From Pirellulales bacterium (GTDB lineage: Bacteria; Planctomycetota; Planctomycetia; Pirellulales; PALSA-1355), in contig CAVTBU010000008.1 in assembly GCA_963733035.1 (NCBI GenBank), positions 64,001 to 128,000 of the forward strand: a stretch of DNA of 64,000 bases. Direction: 5' to 3'. Shown piece after piece: positions 15,786 through 24,851 of the stretch. Position 1 is the stretch's first letter. Each line of letters opens with the position of its first letter. The notes beneath the pieces are model-generated. The model worked only from the letters and a program-made list of their open reading frames with translations, did not search any database and was not told the DNA's origin. A program made the translations under genes and the position numbers.

Positions 15786-16508
15786 TTACCTCTGTGGGTC
15801 AACTTCGATGTCGACGATTTCAGACAGCAGGACGGCTTGCCCGCGGCGGTCGTAGCACGTGTTTCCCTTGAGTGATGGCTGGCCGGCAAACACGTAGAAG
15901 ATCGCAGTGCGCAGAGCATCGGGCCGATCGGAAGGGCCGCGAAACTTCACAATACAAGGCTTGGACGCGTCCATGAGCTCGGCCATTAAGTCGATGCCGT
16001 AACACTCAGAACGGCAGATGTCCTCGACAAGCTCGGGAAACTCCAGGTAGGAGCGACTTACTTCCCGACTGAACACTGCATCGCGAACAAGCATCCCGAA
16101 TGGACCGGAATAACCGGCGGAAGACTCTCGCATTTTTTTCCAATGATGCCCGTTGTTGCCGGCGCCATGTTCGACCCTCTCGCGAAACTCGGCCTTTTGG
16201 TCTGCCACCAAGCGGTTGCCGATAAGACGGTCTACCATCTGCCAAATTCGCTCAGTCATTGCCTCGCGCGGCAGGATTCCCTCACGCCGAAAGGATTCCG
16301 GGGCGATCGTCCGGGTAGCATGGAACCAGTAGATCGCATCGAATGAGCAGTCACGACCGACCACCGCTTCCCAAAGCGCTTCCGGCCCATCCTCAAACGA
16401 CTTGCCGACTCGTTGCAGCCGATGCGTTAGTTCGTAATGCTCGATGCCAATGATCGAGCAAAGCGACTGAGTCGCGGACGTCAGATTTGAGCAGTCGAGG
16501 GTTTTCAC
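15786..16508 (-). CDS. Hypothetical protein, possibly ADP-ribosyltransferase-like fold
   Basis: YWFHATRT..ESFRREGILP; last gene of the terS-terL run. Confidence 0.65.
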   Translation of the reverse strand: MKTLDCSNLTSATQSLCSIIGIEHYELTHRLQRVGKSFEDGPEALWEAVVGRDCSFDAIYWFHATRTIAPESFRREGILPREAMTERIWQMVDRLIGNRLVADQKAEFRERVEHGAGNNGHHWKKMRESSAGYSGPFGMLVRDAVFSREVSRSYLEFPELVEDICRSECYGIDLMAELMDASKPCIVKFRGPSDRPDALRTAIFYVFAGQPSLKGNTCYDRRGQAVLLSEIVDIEVDPQR

Positions 16509-16514
16509 GGTTGG

Positions 16515-17192
16515 TCATCCTGCTTGTGGCTGCGAGTTGTACTTCTCCCGAAGGCCCAGGGACACAATGGCGAACGTCGTCAGGCAGTACGTGGCCAGAG
16601 CCCGGTTGGCCGCGATCGCGATGAAATGTTTTAGCCCTACCAATTCGTCCCCGGTAAGGAAGTGCGCGTCTAGCAAGCCCACGGCCAGGCGGTAAGCCGC
16701 GCCAGCTCGATACGCGTGAGTCTGCGGGTCGTCGCCATGCGGGTACAACTCCGCGCGGTGTTGGCCGTCTTCCGCCAATTGCACGAAATTGGCGGTCGCA
16801 TTGGTGGGTTTCGTGCAGCCGTCGCATTGGAACCTTTCGCCCTTTTCATCGAACCTTACGCGGCCGGCCCCTTCATGAACAAAATCGGCGAAAGCACAAG
16901 GGCCGGCGGGTGACGGCAGAAGACCCGCGTTGTTTGCGACTGTCAGAGCGATTCTCGCGGCCGTTTCCTCACGTGTGACGGGCATCTTGACCAGGACCGA
17001 CGGGGCCGCAGGCGTGAATTGCACGCAGGATTCGCCGACCTGATAGGTGCTTTCCAGACGGGGACGCCGCCGCAAGTCCTTCATGCCGACTTCGACGATC
17101 TCCATGAAGGGGAGCATCGCGAGTGCGGTCTTCGCAGGAATATAGGTTTCAAGTGACCCGAACGCTAAGTAGGAATTGGTTTGCGGGAGCAT
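16515..17192 (-). CDS. Hypothetical protein downstream of terL
   Basis: ATG with AAGGA upstream; 225 aa; CDGC pair; no recognised family. Confidence 0.6.
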   Translation of the reverse strand: MLPQTNSYLAFGSLETYIPAKTALAMLPFMEIVEVGMKDLRRRPRLESTYQVGESCVQFTPAAPSVLVKMPVTREETAARIALTVANNAGLLPSPAGPCAFADFVHEGAGRVRFDEKGERFQCDGCTKPTNATANFVQLAEDGQHRAELYPHGDDPQTHAYRAGAAYRLAVGLLDAHFLTGDELVGLKHFIAIAANRALATYCLTTFAIVSLGLREKYNSQPQAG

Positions 17193-17275
17193 CTGTATCC
17201 ATCCTTGAGAGAAAGTTGAGGTTAAACGGAAACCGGGGCGACCGACGCAAGTTTCCCTGATGTTTGTGTGAGGAA

Positions 17276-18724
17276 TCACCAGCCATACATTTCATTTGGC
17301 AACATCAACGGCCGGGGTGCGGGACACTGAATAACCTCTTCGATGTGCATGACGGATGGTCCGCACCGCATCGCGTCCGCGGCAATGGGGATTGCGATCG
17401 ACAACGCTATCGCTCGGTCCGCGTGGCCCAAGATCTTGTCGCTGGGGGCCGTTAGCTTATAGCCGTAGCTCTTCTCGACAATTTGCAGCCGGCACAGATC
17501 AGTAATCAGGTCGGGCTCGCGATACAGTTCGACGGTTCGGCCACGAAACGCTTGCAGCAGCGTGCTTGCCATTGTGTCGAGATGCTTGCCGATGAAGGGA
17601 ACTTCAAGCATGTTCACGCCGTCACGTCGTAGCGACTGCGACATAAAGCTGGCTTGGTGAGGATCGTAGCCGATCGTCAATCCTCGAAACCGACGGGACG
17701 CCTCAAGCACGCAGTCCTTGACTAGCAACAGATCGACTTCGCCGCCGGGCTCAGGCGCCGAACTTTGGCAGTCGGCAAGATACATTCGCTCCGTGTCGCT
17801 ATCGACGGCCAGGACGACTAGGGCCGCGTGATCGCGCTTCACCCCAAGATCCAGGCCGGCCACATAACCGAATCGACCAGCGTAGTCTTCGATTGGACCG
17901 TCAAGCGTGATTGCGGCCTCGATATCTGCGACGTCCAGGCAATCGCCGCCGGAACTCCAGACCCCTCCGAACAGGCGATTGAAACGACTGGCGGTGCTTC
18001 GACGTCGGGCATCCTCGATGCCGGCAGGATCGTGATAGGGCGCAGGGCCCGTAATCGTTCGGAATTGCCAGCGTTCGGGCTGAGACTGCACTGCTTCGCG
18101 GAGTCGATATTGCCACGAGTCGACGTTGCCCGCGTTCATGGCAAGCATGACAAGTCCGTGGGGAACCTTTTCAGAGTTGTCCAACAAATTGAACACAAAT
18201 TCTTCTGAAACGATGCACGTCAGTTCATCGACGAAAAGCGCGTCGGGTAGCGCGCCTTGGCTTCCGGCTTCGTCGGCGGGAATGATTTCGGCGAGCGCCT
18301 CAGTGTCGGAGCACACGATTTGCCACTTGTCGACACGGACCCGGTTCGCAAGCCATGGCATCGCCTGGGTGATCTTGACGGCCGCCATCCGTACTTCAGC
18401 CGCTTGGTCTTTGTCCGCGGCCGCAATTTGAATCCGCAGCATGCGGCGTGAAAACGCGATCATCCACAGCACGGTCAAAGCGATCATCCACGATTTGGCG
18501 TAACCTTTGGTTGCCTCCAACCAGAACCGACGAATTGGGGCGGGTCGTCCCTGCATCGCGGCAATGGCGGCGGGCTCAAGCGCAACCAGCATGTCGCGCT
18601 GGGCGGGCACTTTGACGTCGCCGAAACGGCGCAGACCGGTAGCGGTGTGCACGGGCATGTCGTCCGCAAAATCCGCCAGGCTGCCGCGGTAGTGAGCAAT
18701 CTGATCCGGGGTCAGGTTTCGCAT
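17276..18724 (-). CDS. terL: Terminase large subunit
   Basis: Walker A-like ATKGYAKS, AAADKDQA, Walker B LFVDE; RNase H-like nuclease acidic motifs AGLDLG, GYDPHQ, HADRAIA; start could extend to 18895. Confidence 0.85.
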   Translation of the reverse strand: MRNLTPDQIAHYRGSLADFADDMPVHTATGLRRFGDVKVPAQRDMLVALEPAAIAAMQGRPAPIRRFWLEATKGYAKSWMIALTVLWMIAFSRRMLRIQIAAADKDQAAEVRMAAVKITQAMPWLANRVRVDKWQIVCSDTEALAEIIPADEAGSQGALPDALFVDELTCIVSEEFVFNLLDNSEKVPHGLVMLAMNAGNVDSWQYRLREAVQSQPERWQFRTITGPAPYHDPAGIEDARRRSTASRFNRLFGGVWSSGGDCLDVADIEAAITLDGPIEDYAGRFGYVAGLDLGVKRDHAALVVLAVDSDTERMYLADCQSSAPEPGGEVDLLLVKDCVLEASRRFRGLTIGYDPHQASFMSQSLRRDGVNMLEVPFIGKHLDTMASTLLQAFRGRTVELYREPDLITDLCRLQIVEKSYGYKLTAPSDKILGHADRAIALSIAIPIAADAMRCGPSVMHIEEVIQCPAPRPLMLPNEMYGW

Positions 18725-18791
18725 GGCTTGTAAACGCCGGGCAACCGCCACGCCTGGAGGGAGACGCAGCAGCGCCCAGCGCGCAAAAGTT

Positions 18792-19346
18792 TTAGTTGGG
18801 CTGGTGTGTCTCGGGTGACTGCGAATTGCCGCTAGGGCCGATTTGCTGGCCTCCAGGCTGCTTGCCGTCAGAGGTTGAGCTTTCATGCAATCCATCGCCG
18901 CGTTGCATCCAGACGGCGTCTGTGGGCAGCGCCCACGGGTCGACCGCTTCGCCGTCGGTGTCGAGTCCTAACCGTCGAATCGCCTTGTCGCGGGCATCGC
19001 ACGCCGCGGCCATCGTCGCCCAAAGGGCTTGCTGATCTGCCAGCGATGCATCCTTTCCCCTGTCTCGAAACGCTCGGGCGGCGTACAAGTAGCGCAACTC
19101 TGCACGCGTAGCCCCGTTGATAACTACTGCATGGGATGCGCCCACATGGCCGTGCAACTCGCAAACGGCATCTTCGAGCCCCCGTCGAAAGCGATTGACG
19201 GCCCCACGGACCCCCGGCATCCACTTGGGAACACCGCCGATCGTGAGGGCCGAGCGTAGACCGTGCAACATTCGATTGACGTTGCCCCGCGGTGCACCGC
19301 TGCGGTTCGGCTTGGAAGGCTCGTTTGGCAGTACGTTGGCAGTCAC
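18792..19346 (-). CDS. Putative terminase small subunit
   Basis: GAPRGNVNRMLHG motif typical of TerS-like N-termini; immediately upstream of terL. Confidence 0.6.
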   Translation of the reverse strand: MTANVLPNEPSKPNRSGAPRGNVNRMLHGLRSALTIGGVPKWMPGVRGAVNRFRRGLEDAVCELHGHVGASHAVVINGATRAELRYLYAARAFRDRGKDASLADQQALWATMAAACDARDKAIRRLGLDTDGEAVDPWALPTDAVWMQRGDGLHESSTSDGKQPGGQQIGPSGNSQSPETHQPN

Positions 19347-19396
19347 GTTTCACTAACCCTTTGCTAGTAGTAACTTACGGGGAGGCACAATCTACG

Positions 19397-19666
19397 CTAT
19401 GTCGTGCCGGCGCTCGCCCCTCCGCATCGGCAGCTTTCCTTGAGCCGTTCCAGATCCGCAGGGTCGATCCGCCTCGCAGATCCGAACCGGTAATAGGCCA
19501 ACTCGCCCCGGTCCATCAACTGGTACAGTGTCGTGCGCCCAAGTCCCAACAGGCTGGCAGCCTCTTTGACGGTCAGCAGCCGCTCGGATTGAACGTGCCG
19601 CGCCGTCAACTCGGGCAGCCCTGGATGGGGTTTGCAGGTGTCCCTGCGTGTGTGTGTGCTGCTCAT
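19397..19666 (-). CDS. Excisionase / HTH_17 DNA-binding protein
   Basis: LLTVKEAASLLGLGRTTLYQLMDRGEL...FGSARRIDPADL. Confidence 0.88.
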   Translation of the reverse strand: MSSTHTRRDTCKPHPGLPELTARHVQSERLLTVKEAASLLGLGRTTLYQLMDRGELAYYRFGSARRIDPADLERLKESCRCGGASAGTT

Positions 19667-19690
19667 TTCCTGCCCCGCAATTTCGTCAGT

Positions 19691-19843
19691 GCATCGGTGC
19701 GGTCGATCTTGTATCGTTGCGACCTCTTTTCAAACGCATCGGTACGTACGGTACGGGGCCTCTTATAAGGCCCCCGTACTGTACCGATGCGACTGCACCC
19801 GTACGGCTGTGTACCGTTGCGGTGTACCGTTGCGTACCGATGC
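19691..19843. repeat. Iteron-like array, putative replication origin of the element
   Basis: GTACCG(A/T)TGC at 19781, 19811, 19824 and 19834; inverted copies at 19736 and 19691; variant at 19711; arranged around the palindrome CTTATAAG. Confidence 0.75.
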
Positions 19844-19845
19844 GG

Positions 19846-21393
19846 TTAATTTTCATCGTCCACGACCCTGTAACCTTCGTAGCGGCGGCTGTTGGCCTTC
19901 GCGATTTCACACGGCTCCAGGTGGCCGGCGTCAAGCGCGGCGGCGAGCGCGGCGTCAAACGCTTGACCGTTGCGGCCGGTACGGGCGCGAATGTCTGTTT
20001 TGGTGCCTTGGTGGCCCGGCAGCTTGTGGCAGGCTTCGACAACCAGTTGCACGTCGCGCTCGAGCCCCTCGGCGCGCTTCTGGTCGGCCCGCTGTTCTTT
20101 GGCGGCCTCGGCCATGTCCGCGATGGCTGACGGCTCGAGGACCAATACGTGCCAGGTGCGGTTGCTGCCGGTGCCTTCGCAGATCTGCAAGCCGTGTAAG
20201 CCGCTGTGGCCAGCGCTGCCGCCGGTGACCATCCACAAGTGGTGCTCGCCGGTACCGGGCTCGTAGTCGCGTCTGCGGCTCAAGAGAAGCCATTGCCGGG
20301 CCCATTCGCTGGTACCGCTCCAAGAGACTTGCGTTAGCTCGGGCGGTGCGTGACGATTGTCGATGCCGCTTTTGCGAATGTGGTGGACCACGACCAGCGT
20401 GATGCCGATCTCTTCGCACATGCCTGACAGTTGACGTAGCTGCCGGCCGACTGCCATGAGGTTGCCGGCGTCGGCTGCGGCCAGCATGAAATACAGTGGG
20501 TCCACGATGGCAATTTCGATTCGTTCGCGCACCAGTGCACGGCGCAGGGCGGCCAGTTCGTCGGCGGCGTCGAGCCTGGGCACGACTGTGGTCCAAAACA
20601 AATTGCCAAGCTGGGCCAGCGTGGTGCCTTGGGCTGACGCGATGCGTTCCCCTGTTTCCCGCAGCGTCGAGCCGCCGCTTTCAGCGTTTGCGATCAGCAC
20701 GCGATAGGGTCGGGCGACTGAAAACCGGCCGAGAAACGGCTCGCCGCTGGCCAGGGCGATGCCCATCGCGACGCAGATCGTGCTTTTCATGCCCTTCAAC
20801 TGGGCTGCCACAACCATGGGCTGCCGTTCGGCCAGGATGCCTTCGATTGCGTACGTCGCTACATCATTTGTCGCGGCGAACGCAGGGCTGGGTGTCACGT
20901 CGATGCGAAACCCTTGGCTGTCGGCGGCGATGCCGTCCAGGTTGTCGCGGTGGTGGGCGTATGCTTCAGCGAATGGCTTCACTCGCAGATCTCGCAGAAA
21001 CGCCACGCCACTAAGATATCCCTCGCGTTTTGCTCGACAGTCGCGTGCCACGCGCAAGTAGTACGACGTGTTCGACGGCAGCGCATCGCCTGTGATGATC
21101 TCCGCCAGTTTCGCGGCGCCGCCGACGGCTTTGAGTCGGTCGGTGCGGGTCAATTCGCGGTGCAGGTTCGTCAGGTCAACGGGCTGCAGGTTCTCGCGTA
21201 GGGCCGCCATCGCCCCGAAGATTTCCGCATGCGGTTCGTGGTGAAAATCGGCGGCTTCGATTTGATGCTCGTCGATCACCCTAGGCAGCAGTAGACATGA
21301 TCGCAAGAGCATCTGCTCGCAGTGCTCGTCGCTGGGCATGCCCGCATCGAGAATCTCGCCATTTGTCCGGGCGCCGGCGCCGTTTTGCTTCAT
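19846..21393 (-). CDS. Replicative helicase: DnaB N-terminal-like domain fused to AAA_25 (RepA-like SF4) ATPase
   Basis: PSDEHCEQMLL..DFHHEPHAEIF..L..VGGAAKLAEI; KGMKST, NAESG, IVDPLY, VVVHHIRK. Confidence 0.85.
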   Translation of the reverse strand: MKQNGAGARTNGEILDAGMPSDEHCEQMLLRSCLLLPRVIDEHQIEAADFHHEPHAEIFGAMAALRENLQPVDLTNLHRELTRTDRLKAVGGAAKLAEIITGDALPSNTSYYLRVARDCRAKREGYLSGVAFLRDLRVKPFAEAYAHHRDNLDGIAADSQGFRIDVTPSPAFAATNDVATYAIEGILAERQPMVVAAQLKGMKSTICVAMGIALASGEPFLGRFSVARPYRVLIANAESGGSTLRETGERIASAQGTTLAQLGNLFWTTVVPRLDAADELAALRRALVRERIEIAIVDPLYFMLAAADAGNLMAVGRQLRQLSGMCEEIGITLVVVHHIRKSGIDNRHAPPELTQVSWSGTSEWARQWLLLSRRRDYEPGTGEHHLWMVTGGSAGHSGLHGLQICEGTGSNRTWHVLVLEPSAIADMAEAAKEQRADQKRAEGLERDVQLVVEACHKLPGHQGTKTDIRARTGRNGQAFDAALAAALDAGHLEPCEIAKANSRRYEGYRVVDDEN

Positions 21394-21590
21394 GGCTGGG
21401 AATCCTTTCCGTCAGCTGTCGTCAATCCGACAAGGCGACAGCCGCACGTTCGCAAGAGCACTTTCGCAGCATGACGCAGCGAACGAAGCCGTTCGGACGG
21501 TGTGTCACCTCGAACGGCGAGCGTCGCCTCGAACCGCTCGGCCAGCGGGCGGCGCTCGACTTTCATCTGATGGCTGGGTAGGCTGTTCAT
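21390..21590 (-). CDS. Small hypothetical protein, translationally coupled to the helicase
   Basis: ATGA overlap with the helicase start; RLRSLRHAAKVLLRTCGCR. Confidence 0.6.
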   Translation of the reverse strand: MNSLPSHQMKVERRPLAERFEATLAVRGDTPSERLRSLRHAAKVLLRTCGCRLVGLTTADGKDSQP

Positions 21591-21644
21591 GTTCGATCCA
21601 TCGGCGGCCGGTTTCCTTTTGCCAGCGGGGGCCGGCCGCTATTT

Positions 21645-21830
21645 TTAGCTTTTCCGTGCCGGCCGACGATTGGTGGCTGCCGACGTGAACCTTACAGTCA
21701 CGCCGAGCCTACGCAGGTTTCTCACGGCGTCGGCTGCCACTTCAAAATCACCCCTCGACCTTGCTGCCTCCAGCACTGCAAACCAAGCGGTTGGCGAATC
21801 TGTCGGGTCGTCTTTTTCGTGCCGCGCCAT
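21645..21830 (-). CDS. Small hypothetical protein
   Basis: AAGGAG RBS; SPTAWFAVLEAARSRGDFEVAADAVRNLRRLGVTVRF. Confidence 0.7.
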   Translation of the reverse strand: MARHEKDDPTDSPTAWFAVLEAARSRGDFEVAADAVRNLRRLGVTVRFTSAATNRRPARKS

Positions 21831-21953
21831 CGCGATTTTCTCCTTCTAGATAATCACCACTGGATTAGCCGGCTAATGCCAATGGGAAAACAAGAAACCC
21901 GCGAAAACACGCGGGTTTGAGTAGAAAAAGAATATTCAGCGTTAGCCGACCGG

Positions 21954-22661
21954 CTAGTCCGCCGGAGCGACGGCCTCAAGGGTGCCGTCGCTGGACTTCA
22001 TACCACGTGGAATATTGGCGTTCATTGCCGCGCGTGCAATCAGATACCGCCGCCATGTCTTTTTGTACATGGTTGTGCGACAGACTTGGGCTTCATCCAT
22101 GATTTTGGCGTCAGACCAATCGGGATGTGCCGCAAGCAGCCCTAACGCCGTCGCTAGTTTTGTCATTCCCGATCGCCCAGCGGTTCGCTGTTCGCTGTCT
22201 GGCGACAGCCTCTTACGCATCCAGTCGAGTAGATCCTTCGCGGCGCGCTCGAGGTCTGGCAGTCGCGCCAGTCGTCGGCCGGACATGAGCCGAAGATCTG
22301 GAGGGCCGATAGTTGGGCACTTGGCCGTCGTGAGGCGGGGAAAATCACGCTGCCTCAAGTATTCGAGAACACGGTACGCGTTGCGTAGTTGTAACGCTGC
22401 GAACTCACTGGCGGTGTTTGGACGGTATTTTTCCGCGTTATCCCGAAACCCAACAATCATTGCGACCATCGTCTCAAACCAGGCTAGAACATCCTCCAGG
22501 GTATCGAGTGGCATGTCGTACCACCGTCCTTCCCAGCCGACAAGAAAGCGCGTAGCCGAGGGCGCATCGGCTAACGTCAGAATCGGCTGCGTCTTCGCCT
22601 CTGGCGACTTTCGGGTCCGTTTCTTCTTGCTGGTGGCGCGGCCATTCTTGTCCTTGGCCAT
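21954..22661 (-). CDS. Protein with C-terminal HTH (putative element regulator)
   Basis: GGAGG RBS before MAKDK; ALGLLAAHPDWSDAKIMDEAQVCRTTMYK. Confidence 0.7.
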   Translation of the reverse strand: MAKDKNGRATSKKKRTRKSPEAKTQPILTLADAPSATRFLVGWEGRWYDMPLDTLEDVLAWFETMVAMIVGFRDNAEKYRPNTASEFAALQLRNAYRVLEYLRQRDFPRLTTAKCPTIGPPDLRLMSGRRLARLPDLERAAKDLLDWMRKRLSPDSEQRTAGRSGMTKLATALGLLAAHPDWSDAKIMDEAQVCRTTMYKKTWRRYLIARAAMNANIPRGMKSSDGTLEAVAPAD

Positions 22662-22931
22662 GAGAACCTCCATCTGTCGCGGGCGAGCGCCGGGCCGAAG
22701 GCCACCAGATGGAGAGAGTGGCCACTCGGCCGGGCGCTCGTCGGGGATCAATCCGACGACCCGCAGTAACTTAGTCCGCCAGATTCTACCAACCCGGATC
22801 TGTTTTGACTGCCAATATACTGCCAAACCCACGCATGCACCGGAAATCCGCGGACACGTGCGGACGACGCAAGACATTGATCTGACAAGCTTTGAACAAC
22901 TGCGAACAATCGCGAACAACGCTCCAACGCA

Positions 22932-22987
22932 ACTGGAAATGTCGTGCCGGGTAACCGGTTGCGGGTTCGAGTCCCGTGCCCTCCGCT
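22932..22987 (+). repeat. att core, right copy (displaced 3' half of tRNA-Ser)
   Basis: Identical to 6202-6257; its end runs into the hairpin CGCTTC-GGG-GAAGCG. Confidence 0.95.
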
Positions 22988-23436
22988 TCGGGGAAGCGAA
23001 AGTCTATTCTGCCAGTGACTTTTACTCGCTTGAGGGGGCAAATCGCCGTGCCAATGCGACACGATAAATCTTGACCCCAGCGGGCGTTCCGACTACTGTA
23101 ACGTCGTGTAGTACTTTGATCCCGCCGCGTGGCCAAACGTCATTTGGCCCAATCACCCCCCCGGGCGGGCAGCGTCGTCAACGAGCAAGGACCCGCTCTG
23201 AAGCGGCAAGACCATCGGCTGCCTGGCGCCCAGCGGTTGGCGTCGAGCAGCATGTTCTCCATCACGACAGCGTCTGTTAAATCCGTTGGATCGAGTACAA
23301 CCCCCACCAGGTTGGCAGACCGCGCACGGTTCGGGGCTCCTTTCCGCGGCGTGAACATTGCAAGCCAATTACGAGTCTTCGGTGGCGTGGCCATTACCGG
23401 CGTACGCCGGCCCTTTTCCCGCACGACCGCATGCCC

Positions 23437-24851
23437 ATGAAACAAGACGCCGCTACCGCACCGCGCCAGGAATCCACAGCCGATCAGCGCGGGTCCTTGC
23501 CGGTGGAGTTCGTTCGCGTGACGGCTCCAATTGCCATTGTCGTGGGCGGGTTCGTAGCGTTCTTCGGACTAGCCCGTCTGAAGCAGGACCCCGCGCGGCG
23601 CGAGAGCAGGCCTTGGCACCGATGGTCGAAACCATCGAAGTGGCACCACATCGAGGTGGGCTCGACATCTCCGTCGATGGCGTCGTCGTGCCGTTTCGCG
23701 AAATCGACCTGTCGGCGGAAGTTTCCGGCCGCATCGCCAAGAAATCAGACCTGTGCCGAGCCGGTACCTACGTGACTCGTGGCACGCCGCTCATCGCGAT
23801 CGACTCGCGCGATTACCAACTTGAGGTCGATCGGCTGGAGCGAGAGCTGTCCCAAGCGGCGGTGTCGCTCCAAGAGCTCGACGTCGAATACTCGAACAAC
23901 CAGTCACTTCTGAAACTCGCCAAGGACCAATTGGCTCTGCAGAGGCGAGAACTCGAACGGCAAAGGTCTCTGGCTACGAAGAAGATTGTCACCGACTCCG
24001 ATCTCGACAAAACCAAGCGTGACGAGTTGGCGGCGGTCAACGCGGCAATGACGCTTTCCAATGAGCTGCAATTGCTCACGACGCGTCGCAATCGATTGGA
24101 AAACGCGCGCGACTTGTGGCGATCGCAACTCGAACGGGCCCAGCTCGACCTGCAGCGGACCAAGGTCGCCGCTCCGATCGACGGGGTGATCATTCGCGAA
24201 ATGGTCGAGGAAGACTCCTACGTACAAAAGGGCACCTCGTTGGCGAAGATCGAGGACACGTCCGCCGTCGAAGTAAAGTGCAATTTGCGCATGGAGGACC
24301 TGTATTGGCTGTGGTCTCAGGGACGTGGCGATGATCACGCCCAAGCGGCCGCAAGCGCGACACGTGACTACCAGATTCCGCAGGCCCCGGTCACCGTGTA
24401 CTACGAATTGGGTGGCCACCGCTATGAGTGGGGAGGCATCTTGTCGCGCTTCGACGGCATTGGCGTTGACGAGCGTACTCGTACCGTGCCGTGCCGCGTG
24501 CTGGTTGCCGAGCCTCGCAAAGTAACGATTAAGGATGTCGGCGACGGCGATGCCGGCGCGGTCGGCCCACCGGCTCTGGTTCGCGGAATGTTCGTCACCG
24601 TCGACGTCCACGCGCAGCCCTCGACCGTGCTGCTGGAGATTCCGCAGCGAGCGGTCCAGCCGGGCAACACGGTTTGGCAGGTCGTAGGCGGCACACTGCG
24701 TATCCGCAAAGTGCGCGTCGCCGACGCCGAGGGGGATCTGGTTCTGATATACACCGATCCGTCCGGGCTCCAGCCGGGCATGAAACTGGTCAGTTCGCCA
24801 TTGGCGATGGCCACCGACGGCATGGCGGTGCGGGAGCAGACGCCACAATGA
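23437..24851 (+). CDS. RND efflux periplasmic adaptor (frameshift near 23605)
   Basis: TM N-terminus in one frame, then LSAEVSGRI, APIDGVI and GMFVTVDV in the -1 frame. Confidence 0.88.

Larger units (their letters stand above)
6202..22987. mobile_element. tRNA-integrated phage-satellite-like element (16,730 bp between att repeats)
   Basis: 56-bp direct repeats at both ends; tyrosine integrase, excisionase, helicase, TerS and TerL inside. Confidence 0.93.

Noticed and set aside
22932..22987. Second tRNA-Ser gene
   Set aside because: Only the 3' half is present, with no D-arm or 5' acceptor strand; it is the att duplication
21982..23067. 361-aa plus-strand ORF
   Set aside because: Antisense shadow of the HTH gene that runs through the att site; no domain or RBS
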